This document shows positions 30,199-40,300 of a stretch of DNA of 64,000 bases, piece after piece; position 1 is the first letter of the stretch, and every line of letters starts with the position of its first letter. Location of the stretch: IMG/VR virus record IMGVR_UViG_3300035183_001042. The stretch is one strand, 5' to 3'. The notes beneath the pieces were generated by a model. The model had not been told where the DNA came from. It ran no database searches and saw nothing but the letters and a program-made list of their open reading frames with translations. This stretch comes from an uncultured virus (IMG/VR IMGVR_UViG_3300035183_001042). Its lineage: Duplodnaviria > Heunggongvirae > Uroviricota > Caudoviricetes. A program made the translations under genes and the position numbers.

Positions 30199-31311
30199 AT
30201 GTCGATCATCACTTCAAACTCGATCACCAACCACATCGAAGTAGAGAAACTCTCAGATCTCTTCTATGGAGATGCGAAGGCCGATTCGTTTCCGATTGGA
30301 TGCACTGCTCATGTCGCAGAAGACGATTCGATCTGGAAGTGTGTACTGAATGCTGCACAATCGAGACACGAATGGGAGCTTCAGTCTTCTCCCATCTACA
30401 CGGAGAGCCGATTTTCTTGGGAGACCAACGCGATTCCGCTGATCTCTGCCAACGCCCCGACGGGAGTGATGCGCAATCGCTATCCGATGCTGCCTACGAG
30501 GAGCTTCTCTTCGGACCAGTCCGTAACAAAGTCGACGCTCGAGGTTGACGTCTCCGGCTCGGGTTATGTGCCTCTTGTCTATGGCGTCGACTACGGTTTT
30601 CTTCCGAGGACTCCTCAGCTCATCGGTGCACCTGGAATTGGCATCGGCTATGGGCTTCAGTCTTTTCCGTATGGCGCCGGAGGACCGCGTTCGAGCATTG
30701 CTGATCAAGCTGTTGGCTTTGCTGTGGACCCAGCGATTGCTGCCGGGCTCAACGCTTCAAGTCGATTCCGTTTTACTTGGACTGAGCGCGAACTGAAGAT
30801 CGCTGCAAGCGGAGCGAAAGCTGGCGTCATCGAGACAATCGCTCCTTTTGGAAGCGAACCTTCGTTCTCGGAGTCATACGCTGTCGCTCATGCTGTGAAC
30901 TTGGGTAATTTCCCGAACATGCCTATGCAATACGGAGTCGGTCAGTTTGCGGTGTTCTTCAACGCAGTCTCCGACTGCGTCGTGGAGATCTGGAGGCGGA
31001 CGCACCGCACGGCTGGAGGAGCATATCGAGATAACAAGAACAAGAAGGTTGGTCTTCGTCGACTCTCGACAGGATTGACTCTGCTCGATCGAACGCAGCC
31101 TGGCGTCTTTTACGGGACCATGCTTGATGTCTTTTCTGGCAACTTGTCTCACGAGCAGGAGTACCATTGGTGCTATTGGTCTGATCGATACCAAGCCAGG
31201 TCGAAGATGAGCGATCTTCCCATCTTCCGCTCGTCGTATAAAAAGTTGACAACCACGACGAACCAAGTCATCTTCCGTTCTGGAAACGTCTTCTGGGTTG
31301 GTCTTCGCTGA
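30199..31311 (+). CDS. hypothetical protein, possibly structural
   Basis: 370-aa ORF with AGGAG RBS directly after the 28729 gene. Confidence 0.7.
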   Translation: MSIITSNSITNHIEVEKLSDLFYGDAKADSFPIGCTAHVAEDDSIWKCVLNAAQSRHEWELQSSPIYTESRFSWETNAIPLISANAPTGVMRNRYPMLPTRSFSSDQSVTKSTLEVDVSGSGYVPLVYGVDYGFLPRTPQLIGAPGIGIGYGLQSFPYGAGGPRSSIADQAVGFAVDPAIAAGLNASSRFRFTWTERELKIAASGAKAGVIETIAPFGSEPSFSESYAVAHAVNLGNFPNMPMQYGVGQFAVFFNAVSDCVVEIWRRTHRTAGGAYRDNKNKKVGLRRLSTGLTLLDRTQPGVFYGTMLDVFSGNLSHEQEYHWCYWSDRYQARSKMSDLPIFRSSYKKLTTTTNQVIFRSGNVFWVGLR

Positions 31312-31319
31312 AGACCTCT

Positions 31320-31412
31320 CGACGGCTGTAAAGGGATCACGAATAGAAGCCCTTTTGGCTTCCCGAAGTGAACTTCTTTCGAGATCACGAAGTGATCCCT
31401 TTACAGCCGTCG
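31320..31412. repeat. 21-bp perfect inverted repeat enclosing smaller hairpins
   Basis: CGACGGCTGTAAAGGGATCAC (31320-31340) and its reverse complement (31392-31412); internal GAAGCC/GGCTTC stem. Confidence 0.9.
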
Positions 31413-31461
31413 GAGCCAGAGATGTGAGGTGCTCGATGAGGCGATGTGATATCGTCTGGGC

Positions 31462-32298
31462 ATGAGTGTCGAGTACGACCGCATCGGTGGTCTCCACAGA
31501 GTCCTCTTTGATCCATCGCAACTCGGCATTGTGGCCTATCCGAGAGATCGGCCTGGTACCTATGTGCCGTTAAGGCTGACGCAGGCAATGGGTGCGGCGG
31601 ATGTATTGGCGGCGCTCGACGGACCGATGTTTTCGATCTGCGACGCAGCGGGGTACAGCACAAGTCGCTGTGCTGATCCTCGATTTGCGCAGCAAGATGC
31701 CGGACATGGCGTGATTGATCTGGCCAACCCGAGCGAGTCGAGGAAGGGCGTGACGCTGTCGATTGCCGGCGGTGTGCCTCGATGGACGCGTTCCTCTTCA
31801 GCTCTCCCCAATGGAGAGGTTGTTGTGCAGCTATATCCGTCGCTCGTGGAGGACGGGGTTGTTGTTCCTGTTTCGACGACAGGTAGCAATGCATCTCGCG
31901 TGTGGCGCGCGGCTGTGGCTCAGTATCGTGACGGGCGCTTGGCGTTCGTGGTGGGCGTTGATTCGCTCGCTGGCTTCGCACGGGCACTTGAGGCTTCCGG
32001 TGCGATATGGGCAGGCTACACGGACGGTGGCGGCTCGACGGCACTCGGTTTTCGTTCGACGCCTGGAGGCGAGGTGTATCGCTTCGGCTCAAGCGAAGAC
32101 CGGCCAGTGGCTGTCTTTCTCGTGGCAAGAGCGCACTCGTCTTCGAGTTCGAGGTTGTCTCCGCTCTCGAAGGCTGTGCTCTCTGGACTGGTTGCAGCGA
32201 GTGCGGCGATGGCGGCTCAACTGATTGCGCGCAGCTCGGTGGTGCGTAGGTCTGCGTGGTGGGTGAAGACGAAGTTGCTGGGCGATGCCAGTGAATGA
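31462..32298 (+). CDS. phosphodiester glycosidase (NAGPA-like) family protein with C-terminal hydrophobic helix
   Basis: LDGPMF, QLYPSLV, RAAVA and TDGGGST motifs. Confidence 0.75.
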   Translation: MSVEYDRIGGLHRVLFDPSQLGIVAYPRDRPGTYVPLRLTQAMGAADVLAALDGPMFSICDAAGYSTSRCADPRFAQQDAGHGVIDLANPSESRKGVTLSIAGGVPRWTRSSSALPNGEVVVQLYPSLVEDGVVVPVSTTGSNASRVWRAAVAQYRDGRLAFVVGVDSLAGFARALEASGAIWAGYTDGGGSTALGFRSTPGGEVYRFGSSEDRPVAVFLVARAHSSSSSRLSPLSKAVLSGLVAASAAMAAQLIARSSVVRRSAWWVKTKLLGDASE

Positions 32299-32589
32299 TG
32301 CCGTCTTCTCTGGCGGCACATCTTAGTCGTCATGACGATCAATCACACTTAATGAACCCATGTCAGTGGTGTAACCGCACATGAAGTCGGGGTTGATCGG
32401 AGCGGCTGCCTATCGCCTCACGAGAACCAGACTGTAGCAAGTTTGTCTGCGTTAGTGGCATTCTTGCCGCTATGGACAATGACGCCTTCAGCCCACGTCC
32501 CATGCATCCACATCTTGCGTCACGGGTCGTGAAGGACCCGGATGTTCTTCTGTTCGTGAAGTCTTTCGACATGATTCGCAGAGATTCAC

Positions 32590-32973
32590 TCAGCGAGATC
32601 CTATCGAACTTCGCTCGGATACTTGAGAGGTCGCGTACTTCGCGACGAGAACGTTGCGTAGGACCGTGCGCGGCTTCTCATTGATCACCGCGTTGATGTA
32701 GTCGTTCACCGAGCGAAATCCGCCATCGAGAAACAGCTAGTGCTCGATTACCTCGCCGATTGCCTCGTACAGCTAGTCGAACTGTCGCGCGCTCGATTTC
32801 TGCGCCTCGGCGATCTGCTTCGCGAGCGCCTTGTACCGTGCTCGCCTCGCGGTGTCAGCTCGAGGAGCCACCGTCGCGGGCGTCAACGACCAGCTAGCAT
32901 CTCCAGCGTTCTTCGCGCTCGCCGTGTTCTTCGTTGCGCTCGGTTTCTTCCCGGATTTCTTCGCTGTCGCCAT
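32590..32973 (-). pseudogene. basic hypothetical gene with two in-frame TAG codons
   Basis: GGAGGA RBS; ...ARQFD*LYEAIGEVIEH*LFLDGGFRSVNDYINAVINEKPRTVLRNVLVAKYAT; TAG at 32773-32775 and 32737-32739. Confidence 0.65.
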
Positions 32974-33236
32974 CGAGCCAAGATCCTCCAGAATCCGCCG
33001 TGTGACAGCAACCCTTGCAGCGAAGATCGCCTACGCAGCGATCCGGTAACATTCTCGGTACGCTCGCAAGTGCCAAGGCGGTCTCACGGCCACAGGTCGA
33101 GCCTCCGTCCTTTGTGCAACGAAGCCTGGCGATGAAGGCACGGCGTTCGCCGAGCCTATCCACGGTGCGCGAGGCCTCTTCGGCATGAACTGTACGTGTC
33201 ACAAGTGCCCATCTGACTCCGTGCGATGAACAGGCG

Positions 33237-35387
33237 CTAAGCGCGCTCCGTCGCTGACGGCGGCAACGCGCCAGTGTCACGAAACGTCTTCCACGCCTCG
33301 CCGATGTCATCGTCGGCGCTCAGCCGCGCGGCGAACCACGCGTCGCGAAACTCCCTCGCTCGCTCGTAGAATCGACGATCTGACAGCTTCGGAGCGTCGA
33401 GCAACACAATGGTGTCCCACACGCTCGACGCGAGCTGCGTCTCGTCTTCGCCAACAGACAGCGCGAGCTCCAGCGCCGACATCACCGGCCGCGCGGTTGC
33501 TGTCGGCTGCACGAGCGAGAGCAGGTCCGTGAGCCCTACGCTGTCGACCGCGAGGATGTCCATCTCGTTCAGCACGTCCCGCAGCCATCGATCGGCCGTG
33601 CAGACGAGCCACGGCTCGTCTCTGCTCCACAGCTCGAGCGAGTTGACGACGGCGCGATCGTGCCGAAGCAGTCGCAGATCGCGCTCGGCGGGCTCGCCCC
33701 ACAGCGGCTTCGAGTCGTCGACGGACTCGGTGCTGCGGCGTTCGATCGCGTACTGGTGCAAATGCGTCGAGAGCGCGCGTTCGATGTCCTGACGAACCGC
33801 GTCGAGCGGTTTGTTTGCACGCGCTTGCGTCAGGCCGAGCGAGGCGAGGAATCGCTCGAACTCTTGCCGACTCTGCTGGGTCTGCGACGACGCGAAGTGG
33901 GCCACGTAGTAGTTGCGCGAGCGTCGAAGGTCCGGCGTGTCCTTCTCGTCGAAGATGGGAGCGAAGTGCTTCGCCTGGTACAAGTGAGCGGCCATCTCTT
34001 CGAGGTGCGCGCTCGCCACGTGTAGCTTCGCACCCCGCTGCTGTGCGACCGCGTACAGCTCGTGCGCCGCGACGGAGGTCGTCCACGAGTCGATCACCCC
34101 GTCGAACCTCGCGCACAGCATCGGGATCGCGATGGATGCGTCGAGCAAGATGCGCTGATTCGAAGCGTTGATCGCCTGCTCGAACTCTTGCGCGTCGAAC
34201 TCGGTCAATCGAAAGCTCAGCTCGGCCGCCGCCAGTCGTCGCACAAAAGTGTCTTTCGCCACTTCGTTGACGATCAGCAGCAGCAACTTGCACGCAGGGC
34301 CTTCATCGAGCTCGCGCGCCAGCTCGTCGGCCGTGCGCTTCCATCGCTCGATCGCTCGACGCTCGCTCGCGTCCCGCGGCGCGGCGCCAGGTTCGAGCGA
34401 GACAATCAACCGCTCGGCGACGGCCTCGCGGACCAGCGCGCCGAGGTTGCCGATCAGCGCGTCGACCGCGCGCGAAGCGATCTCTCTATTGTGGTGTCGT
34501 CCCCGCGAAATCTTCGGCTCGACGAGGGCGATGCAGCGTTCGCGAAGCTTGTCGCGCTCGGCGCGCGCCACGGCGGTCGCGGTCTTCCACGACAACAGCG
34601 CTTCGTCTTTTACGTGAATTCGCTGCTCGTCGCTCTCTTCAGCGGAGAGCTGTCCCTCGCTGAGCAAATCGCGGACGGCGTGGGTCACGAGCCGCGAAGG
34701 GCTGCTCAGCGCGAGCAGCCTGCACGCCTCGGATTCGAGCGTCGTCCGAAGACAGCCGTCGTGGTGCGTGCTGGCGGCGGCCATCACCGCGTCTTTCGCC
34801 ACCGCACGACGAACGTGCTTCGTTCTCTCGTCGAACACCGCGAACGAGAGCAGCGCTTTCTCCCTGGCCGACAGGGCCGGTCCGTACCCTGAGTACGCGC
34901 CCGAGGCGCCGTGGAGCTGTCCTGCGATCAACGCAAACAGGGGACCGCGACGGTTCTGCAGCGCCTGACTCGCGATCATTCGCGCGTCGCACAGCTCGAT
35001 GCGGATACCGTGCTTGTCGAACACGTCATCGGCGTAGTTGATGAACGCCGTCGCCGACGGCTCGAGCGCGCAGACGAAGAAAAAGCGAGCGAAGTCGAGC
35101 TGCCTAGTGACGTCGCTTTGAATCGAACTGCGAAAGTTCGCCACCTTCGTCACGTCGTTGCCGAGCTTCGACTGCCACCCGTTGCGGTCCCCGGCGTAGA
35201 ACTGCGCCGCGTGCCGCACGAGCGGATCGTCGCTCTTCACGATCCACGCGTCCACGCCACCGTCGCCGGTCCCGTCGACGAACTGCACTGGACGCGCGAA
35301 GCGTTCGCGCAGGTACGCGCACGCCACAGCCTTGAAGCTGTCTGGCCCGATGGCTTTCACCACGTCGACCCATTCATCCAGCGTCAT
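33237..35387 (-). CDS. large protein with N-terminal restriction-endonuclease-like domain and possible C-terminal PIN-like domain; candidate defence gene
   Basis: DGTGDGGVDAW...AAQF at the N-terminus; ILLDASI, HLEE, HDRA and CTADRWL later; very GC3-rich codons. Confidence 0.6.
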   Translation of the reverse strand: MTLDEWVDVVKAIGPDSFKAVACAYLRERFARPVQFVDGTGDGGVDAWIVKSDDPLVRHAAQFYAGDRNGWQSKLGNDVTKVANFRSSIQSDVTRQLDFARFFFVCALEPSATAFINYADDVFDKHGIRIELCDARMIASQALQNRRGPLFALIAGQLHGASGAYSGYGPALSAREKALLSFAVFDERTKHVRRAVAKDAVMAAASTHHDGCLRTTLESEACRLLALSSPSRLVTHAVRDLLSEGQLSAEESDEQRIHVKDEALLSWKTATAVARAERDKLRERCIALVEPKISRGRHHNREIASRAVDALIGNLGALVREAVAERLIVSLEPGAAPRDASERRAIERWKRTADELARELDEGPACKLLLLIVNEVAKDTFVRRLAAAELSFRLTEFDAQEFEQAINASNQRILLDASIAIPMLCARFDGVIDSWTTSVAAHELYAVAQQRGAKLHVASAHLEEMAAHLYQAKHFAPIFDEKDTPDLRRSRNYYVAHFASSQTQQSRQEFERFLASLGLTQARANKPLDAVRQDIERALSTHLHQYAIERRSTESVDDSKPLWGEPAERDLRLLRHDRAVVNSLELWSRDEPWLVCTADRWLRDVLNEMDILAVDSVGLTDLLSLVQPTATARPVMSALELALSVGEDETQLASSVWDTIVLLDAPKLSDRRFYERAREFRDAWFAARLSADDDIGEAWKTFRDTGALPPSATERA

Positions 35388-35699
35388 CTCAGCGACCGTG
35401 ACCCTAGTGCATTCACGCTGGCAGTTCAACGCCAGTCCCCGTGCGCGATACGTCGAGCTTGCCCGTGACGGCCGCCGTGATGAGGGCAGTGCAGTACGCG
35501 TGCAGCGTGGCAATGGAGCGCTGGAGGGCGAGTCGACACGTAACCGTTCAGGACCCTATCCACCGTCGAGCAGACCAGCGGAAGAGAGGTCAGCGGTGTG
35601 CGAGCGGCTGCGTTGCGCTGCTAGCGCACCGGATGCTGCGAACCGTGTGCAAACACAGCAGGCGACGTGGACCGGGAACGGGCGCACGAAGCGAGAGCG

Positions 35700-36300
35700 G
35701 ACCTAAGAGCTGGATTCAAAACCTCCCGTCGCTGTACGGCAGATCCGCTTCGCCATGCGGCGTCGAGCATTCTCGACGGGCATCCAGTTCGTCTTCGAAC
35801 GCTCTCCTTGCAGGGCTTGCGTCTCTTTGCGCAGCTAGGTCCGGTTCTGAAACCAGCTCTAACTGGCTGCTGCGTTGGGGCGGTCGGTCATCGAGGGGTA
35901 GACTTCGGCAACGTTGGCTAGCGCTCCTCGCGGTCGAGCGCGACGCTCGCGAGCGCCTTCGCGAGCTTGGGCAGCGCATAGAGCGCGACCGGTCCCAGTT
36001 GGAGTTGGTTGTTGCTCACGCGCACGGTCACGTCCTCGAGCGAAGCGAACTTCGCGAACGCGCGCACCACCGCCATCTCGGCCGGTGGGTGACGGTCGTT
36101 GCGCTTTGACTGCTCCGTTGAGAGCGCCTTCGTCGCGGCTCGAATCTGCGCCACCGAGTCATCGTCGAGCGTGAGCGACGCACGCTATTACCCCAAGCGA
36201 TCCAGAGCGGGCCGAGCGGCTCTTGGCGGCTGTCCGTTAGCCAGTCATCGAAGACATTGTTCCAACGAGTCCGAGTTCTCCCAGACCGATTCGTACATCG
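35700..36300 (-). pseudogene. fragmented gene, possibly DUF429-like nuclease
   Basis: Protein-like pieces in shifting frames, including VAEVYP, EDELDA and DGRF*I. Confidence 0.35.
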
Positions 36301-36331
36301 CATTGCTTTTTGACACGATGTATGATAGCTA

Positions 36332-37192
36332 GTGCATGTGAAAACGTTCCTTCCGAGAAAGATGCCGTCTTCAATCGCTTCTGCATACAGGAGCCCTGTC
36401 GACCTCCGTCGTGTCTTTGGGTCGATCTACGTTGGACTCCACGACGACATCGTCGAGGCGTTCATTGTGGAATTGAAACGTACATTCGGAGAATCCGATG
36501 TCGAGACGAAGACTGGAAAGTATCAGAAGCTGTCTCATCGAGCGAGGATGAAGAAGTATCCTGTTCGGGCGATCGAGTTGCTTGTGAACGCTCCAGACTA
36601 TGGAGGTCCTTCGTACACGTTGCCGATCTTAGCTAGAGTTATGGAGCCTATCTGGCAGGATCAATGGCGTGATGTGATGGAGGCTGGAACGATGTCGGTT
36701 ATGCCGAATTTCATCTCGTTGTCCACGCCTGTCCTTGGCGAGTTTCAATTCTATTGGATCCGTGCCGAAGTTGTGCGAATGACCCTTAGCTTGGACGCTG
36801 TGAAGAAGTCTGCTGACGATCGTCTCGTCAGCTTGTGTCTGGATGCGATCGATGCATCTGAGAGGTACTGGGAGTTCCGTGGAGAGAGCCTTCTTTTCGA
36901 GAAGATGTTGAGCATTCGCGCGGTGAACGACTATTACAGAATGATGCCGTCGGAGACCGACATCAATGCTGCGATTCGATACTCAACTTCAGCAGCTCTT
37001 GGTTGGAGATTTGATGACACTGTGGACAACCTGGCAACCACAAAGTGCTTCGACGGTGCGTCATCAGCGATGGCGTTAGGAGGTTTATCGTCCGAATACT
37101 GGATCAAGAAATCTGATTCGTACAAATCAATATTCGCAGTAGTAGATAAGCTGATCAATCCGTCTCTGCTGGACATTCGCGAATATCGCTGA
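36332..37192 (+). CDS. Imm5-like helical paralog (divergent relative of 38032/41581)
   Basis: MPSSIASAYRSPVDL, AIELLVNAPDYGG...TLPILARVMEPIWQDQW and KLINPSLLD align with 38032. Confidence 0.8.
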   Translation: MHVKTFLPRKMPSSIASAYRSPVDLRRVFGSIYVGLHDDIVEAFIVELKRTFGESDVETKTGKYQKLSHRARMKKYPVRAIELLVNAPDYGGPSYTLPILARVMEPIWQDQWRDVMEAGTMSVMPNFISLSTPVLGEFQFYWIRAEVVRMTLSLDAVKKSADDRLVSLCLDAIDASERYWEFRGESLLFEKMLSIRAVNDYYRMMPSETDINAAIRYSTSAALGWRFDDTVDNLATTKCFDGASSAMALGGLSSEYWIKKSDSYKSIFAVVDKLINPSLLDIREYR

Positions 37193-37292
37193 TATGCAAT
37201 CAGCGAAAATGATCGCCTGTTATGGAGATTGATTACCATCCGTACTACACGAAAATCCATCGTCGCTCTTATGATGCGATCGTGAAGAACGG

Positions 37293-37994
37293 ATGGCTGT
37301 CAGAGGTCATTTGGCATTTGTTGTTGATCCGAGAAGTCCATACAAGGTGGCGGACATGCTGATCCGACAGGACGATCAGCAGCTGATCATTGTTCCAGAT
37401 GATCCAGAGTCGATGCCGATGAAGGCTCCAATTGAGCACAGCGGCATCAAGAGGCTGGGATACAATGCTTGAGAGCTCTTGAGACTCACGATCTCGCAGT
37501 GGGTTGACAGGCATGCCGACGCTCGCGTTGCGATGGAGGGAATCTAGCTGTACGACGCGAAGCTTGGTTCTTGGTGCGCAAGCAAACTGTGTCGGGATGT
37601 GCTCGATTCGTTTCGGTAGATTCCGTTTGTGTTGCTGGACGCGCTTGCGTCGATCGAGCAGTGGTCTCTTGGCAGAGCGTCTCGAGATGATGTTTTGTCT
37701 GACGGTCATCTTGCTGCTGAGTTCGCAGAGGATGCTCGTTCTCGCTCGCTCTTCGGAGCCTACGCTGGCTACGCGGTGGCGTATGCTGCGGCGGTCTGTG
37801 CATATGCAGGGATGCCCGAGGTCGGCGAACGAGCCAGCAACTGTGCCATCTTTGCGGCTCGGGCGGTGGCATCTCGCCCCCTTGAGGATGGCCCGTATCT
37901 GGCAGCGCTCGTCACAGGAGACGAGCGCGAAGAGTTGGTTCGGCTGAGGTCCGTCGTTGCCTCGGCTTGCTGTTCTTGTCCACTCGTTCCTTAG
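37293..37994 (+). pseudogene. Imm5-like paralog of 45273 with three in-frame stops
   Basis: One frame from ATG 37293: MAVRGHLAFVVDPRSPYKV...YNA*ELLRLTISQW...EGI*LYDAKLGSWCASKLCRDVLDSFR*IPF...CSCPLVP; TGA 37470, TAG 37545, TAG 37617. Confidence 0.8.
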
Positions 37995-38031
37995 TCTGAC
38001 GTTTCAGAGGTAAGCATGATATGATAGCTGC

Positions 38032-38799
38032 GTGCGTGACAGCGATCCACGTCCGATGCCGCCAGTCGTAAAGGCGGCGTACCGCAACCCGATTGACCTA
38101 CTCGGGCTGCTGAAGAGCAAAGCATACTCTGCAGACGATCGAAGGCAGGTTCGCGACAGTCTTCTCGATGCGTTGACTCGCGACTTTGGCGTTGTCCATC
38201 TGCCGCATGGAGATAGGCAGACTCGAACGATCGCGCAGAGATCAAAGTCGTTCAAGGACACGCTTCGTTCTATTGATTTAATTTTGTCTGTCGAGGATTA
38301 TGGTGGCAAGGATCAAACGCTGTCGTATCTCGCGGAGGCCATGGAGAATCGTTGGCAAGAGTGGTGGCAGTCTGTAAGTTGGAAAACAGTGGACGATACA
38401 TATGCATGGAGAGATATTTCAGCGAACGTATTGGGTCGCAGGCAGACAGTGTGGCTCGCTGCGCAGTATGCGAGATCAGTCATTGACTTGACAGCAAACA
38501 GAAGCGCCGCTGTTCAAGCCATCGAAGCTGCAGAGTCTTGGTCTGTCAGCCCGACAGAAGACAATCGCAAGCAAGCTTACGTAGCTTCATACATCGCTTT
38601 TTCTTCCGTCGTGTATGACCCATCTACCGCCTACTACGCTTCATACTCCGCTGGCCAAGCTGCAAGTATTGCCGCAGACAGTGCTTGCTATTTCGCTAAT
38701 GCGGCATACTACCCTCTATCCGCAGCTCCCGAGAACGCTTCTCGCCTCTGCGAACTCACGAAGCAGCTGATCACGCCGTCGCTGGTGGATGCTATATAG
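38032..38799 (+). CDS. Imm5-like helical protein, close paralog of 41581
   Basis: WLAAQYARSVIDL...AVQAIEAAESW; extensive nucleotide identity with 41581-42354. Confidence 0.85.
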   Translation: MRDSDPRPMPPVVKAAYRNPIDLLGLLKSKAYSADDRRQVRDSLLDALTRDFGVVHLPHGDRQTRTIAQRSKSFKDTLRSIDLILSVEDYGGKDQTLSYLAEAMENRWQEWWQSVSWKTVDDTYAWRDISANVLGRRQTVWLAAQYARSVIDLTANRSAAVQAIEAAESWSVSPTEDNRKQAYVASYIAFSSVVYDPSTAYYASYSAGQAASIAADSACYFANAAYYPLSAAPENASRLCELTKQLITPSLVDAI

Positions 38800-38924
38800 G
38801 CAGTTTGCTGTCTGACATTCGAAAGCCGCGATGGGTCCACCGCGGACATCCCAGAGGCCCAGTGGCTTCTGCCTCGTCTTGAGGACGAGCAGGTGGCACA
38901 CACGGCAAGCGCTGCGGAGTGAGC

Positions 38925-39257
38925 ATGTCGATGACAGATCGGCGTTACCGGGTTTTCGTTGTGGTTGATGGCTCTCTTGAGCCAGGTAGGCAGATCACGC
39001 AGGCCGTGCATGGGCAGAGACAGCTCGCGGCAGACTACCCAGAGATCGAGAGGAAGTGGTTCGAGCGATCGAACCACGTCGTGGTCTTGTCTGCCAAAGA
39101 CGGAGAACATCTGCAAAAGCTCGCGCTCGCGGTGCGCCTCAAGGGCATGCAGTTGTCTGTGTGGCGAGAGCCGGACCTTGGCGGTCGAGCAACGGCCATC
39201 GCGGCGTTCGAACCGGCGGCACGGATTCTTTTTGTCATTCCACTGGCTCTGTCATGA
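38925..39257 (+). CDS. peptidyl-tRNA hydrolase 2 (Pth2)-like protein
   Basis: VFVVVDGSLEPGRQITQAVHG, SNHVVVL, WREPDLGGRATAIA. Confidence 0.75.
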   Translation: MSMTDRRYRVFVVVDGSLEPGRQITQAVHGQRQLAADYPEIERKWFERSNHVVVLSAKDGEHLQKLALAVRLKGMQLSVWREPDLGGRATAIAAFEPAARILFVIPLALS

Positions 39258-39397
39258 TCACAGGTGCCTTCGTTGAGGTCTGCTTCGGTAGGCATCTGAG
39301 GCAGGCCAACGAAAACGACCTCGGGCAGCCCAACTTTCTTGCGAAAGCAGATCCTGCCACCCTCGCGTGCCAAGAAGACCAATAATTGACAGCTAAA

Positions 39398-40300
39398 CTA
39401 ACGAGAAGAGTCTTCACTCTGGCTCTTCTCGTACCTCTCTCGAATGATCGCGCGGGCCAGATCTTGGTCCACTGGCTCGTACTCTACAATGATTCGCACG
39501 CTGTACATCTTCGGATCAGGCGTTTTTTGCCTCGATCGAAGGTGTGATGCCCAGTTCGATCTATCCAACCTCTGCAGGCTCTCGTCGTCATTGTCCTCTT
39601 CGATCGAAATTCTATTCGGTGCCATGAGATGATCCATGGCATACCAGGTCCACGACACCCCTGGGAAGAGATCAGAGAAGTACAGGTTGGTCTGTCTTGC
39701 TGAATCAACATCGAGCAGCGAAGGCGACTCGTGGTCGGCCTCGAACATGGCATGCTTGATTTCGAAGACGTGCCTTTCAGCATTCGTCTTTCTCTGGCAT
39801 GGAGCATCGTCCTTAGCCGTTCCTGTTTCATCATTCTTCTTTCGTGGGTCAGTTTTGTTCTTGGCTTGCCGACGAAGGTCTTCGGCAAGCATGTTCGCTT
39901 GCCATGTGCAGGACGGCACGTCGTAGCACGGAGAGAAGCCAAACTTCTCTTGACCGATCTTTTGGAAGAACGGTCTCCACTTGCCTTGATCGTATGGATC
40001 TGGCTCGATCATGTCGAGGATCACGTCTTCGACGCTATCGCTTTTTCTAGAGAGAATCATCTCGCTGATGTAGTTTGCGATCTCTGCTTGCTTGTAGGCC
40101 GCTTCCGATGCCTCGCTGTTCCAGAACGCTGACTTCATAGCCTTCTCTTGGAACTGCTTTGCGATCTTCGAGCATGCATCTCTCTCTCGAGCGGCCGACG
40201 CATCCGAGATGATTTGCATGAGCACGATGTTGTTGAACAGATCGATCATGCTCCTCAGCATCTCGATTTCATCTGGCGTTGCTCTGTCCATGACCATCAT
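39398..40300 (-). CDS. hypothetical protein
   Basis: 300-aa ORF coupled to the upstream gene; AAGGAG RBS. Confidence 0.7.
   Translation of the reverse strand: MMVMDRATPDEIEMLRSMIDLFNNIVLMQIISDASAARERDACSKIAKQFQEKAMKSAFWNSEASEAAYKQAEIANYISEMILSRKSDSVEDVILDMIEPDPYDQGKWRPFFQKIGQEKFGFSPCYDVPSCTWQANMLAEDLRRQAKNKTDPRKKNDETGTAKDDAPCQRKTNAERHVFEIKHAMFEADHESPSLLDVDSARQTNLYFSDLFPGVSWTWYAMDHLMAPNRISIEEDNDDESLQRLDRSNWASHLRSRQKTPDPKMYSVRIIVEYEPVDQDLARAIIRERYEKSQSEDSSR

Noticed and set aside
33307..34892. Long overlapping ORFs within the 33237 gene
   Set aside because: Arg/Ala-rich shadow ORFs typical of high-GC coding DNA
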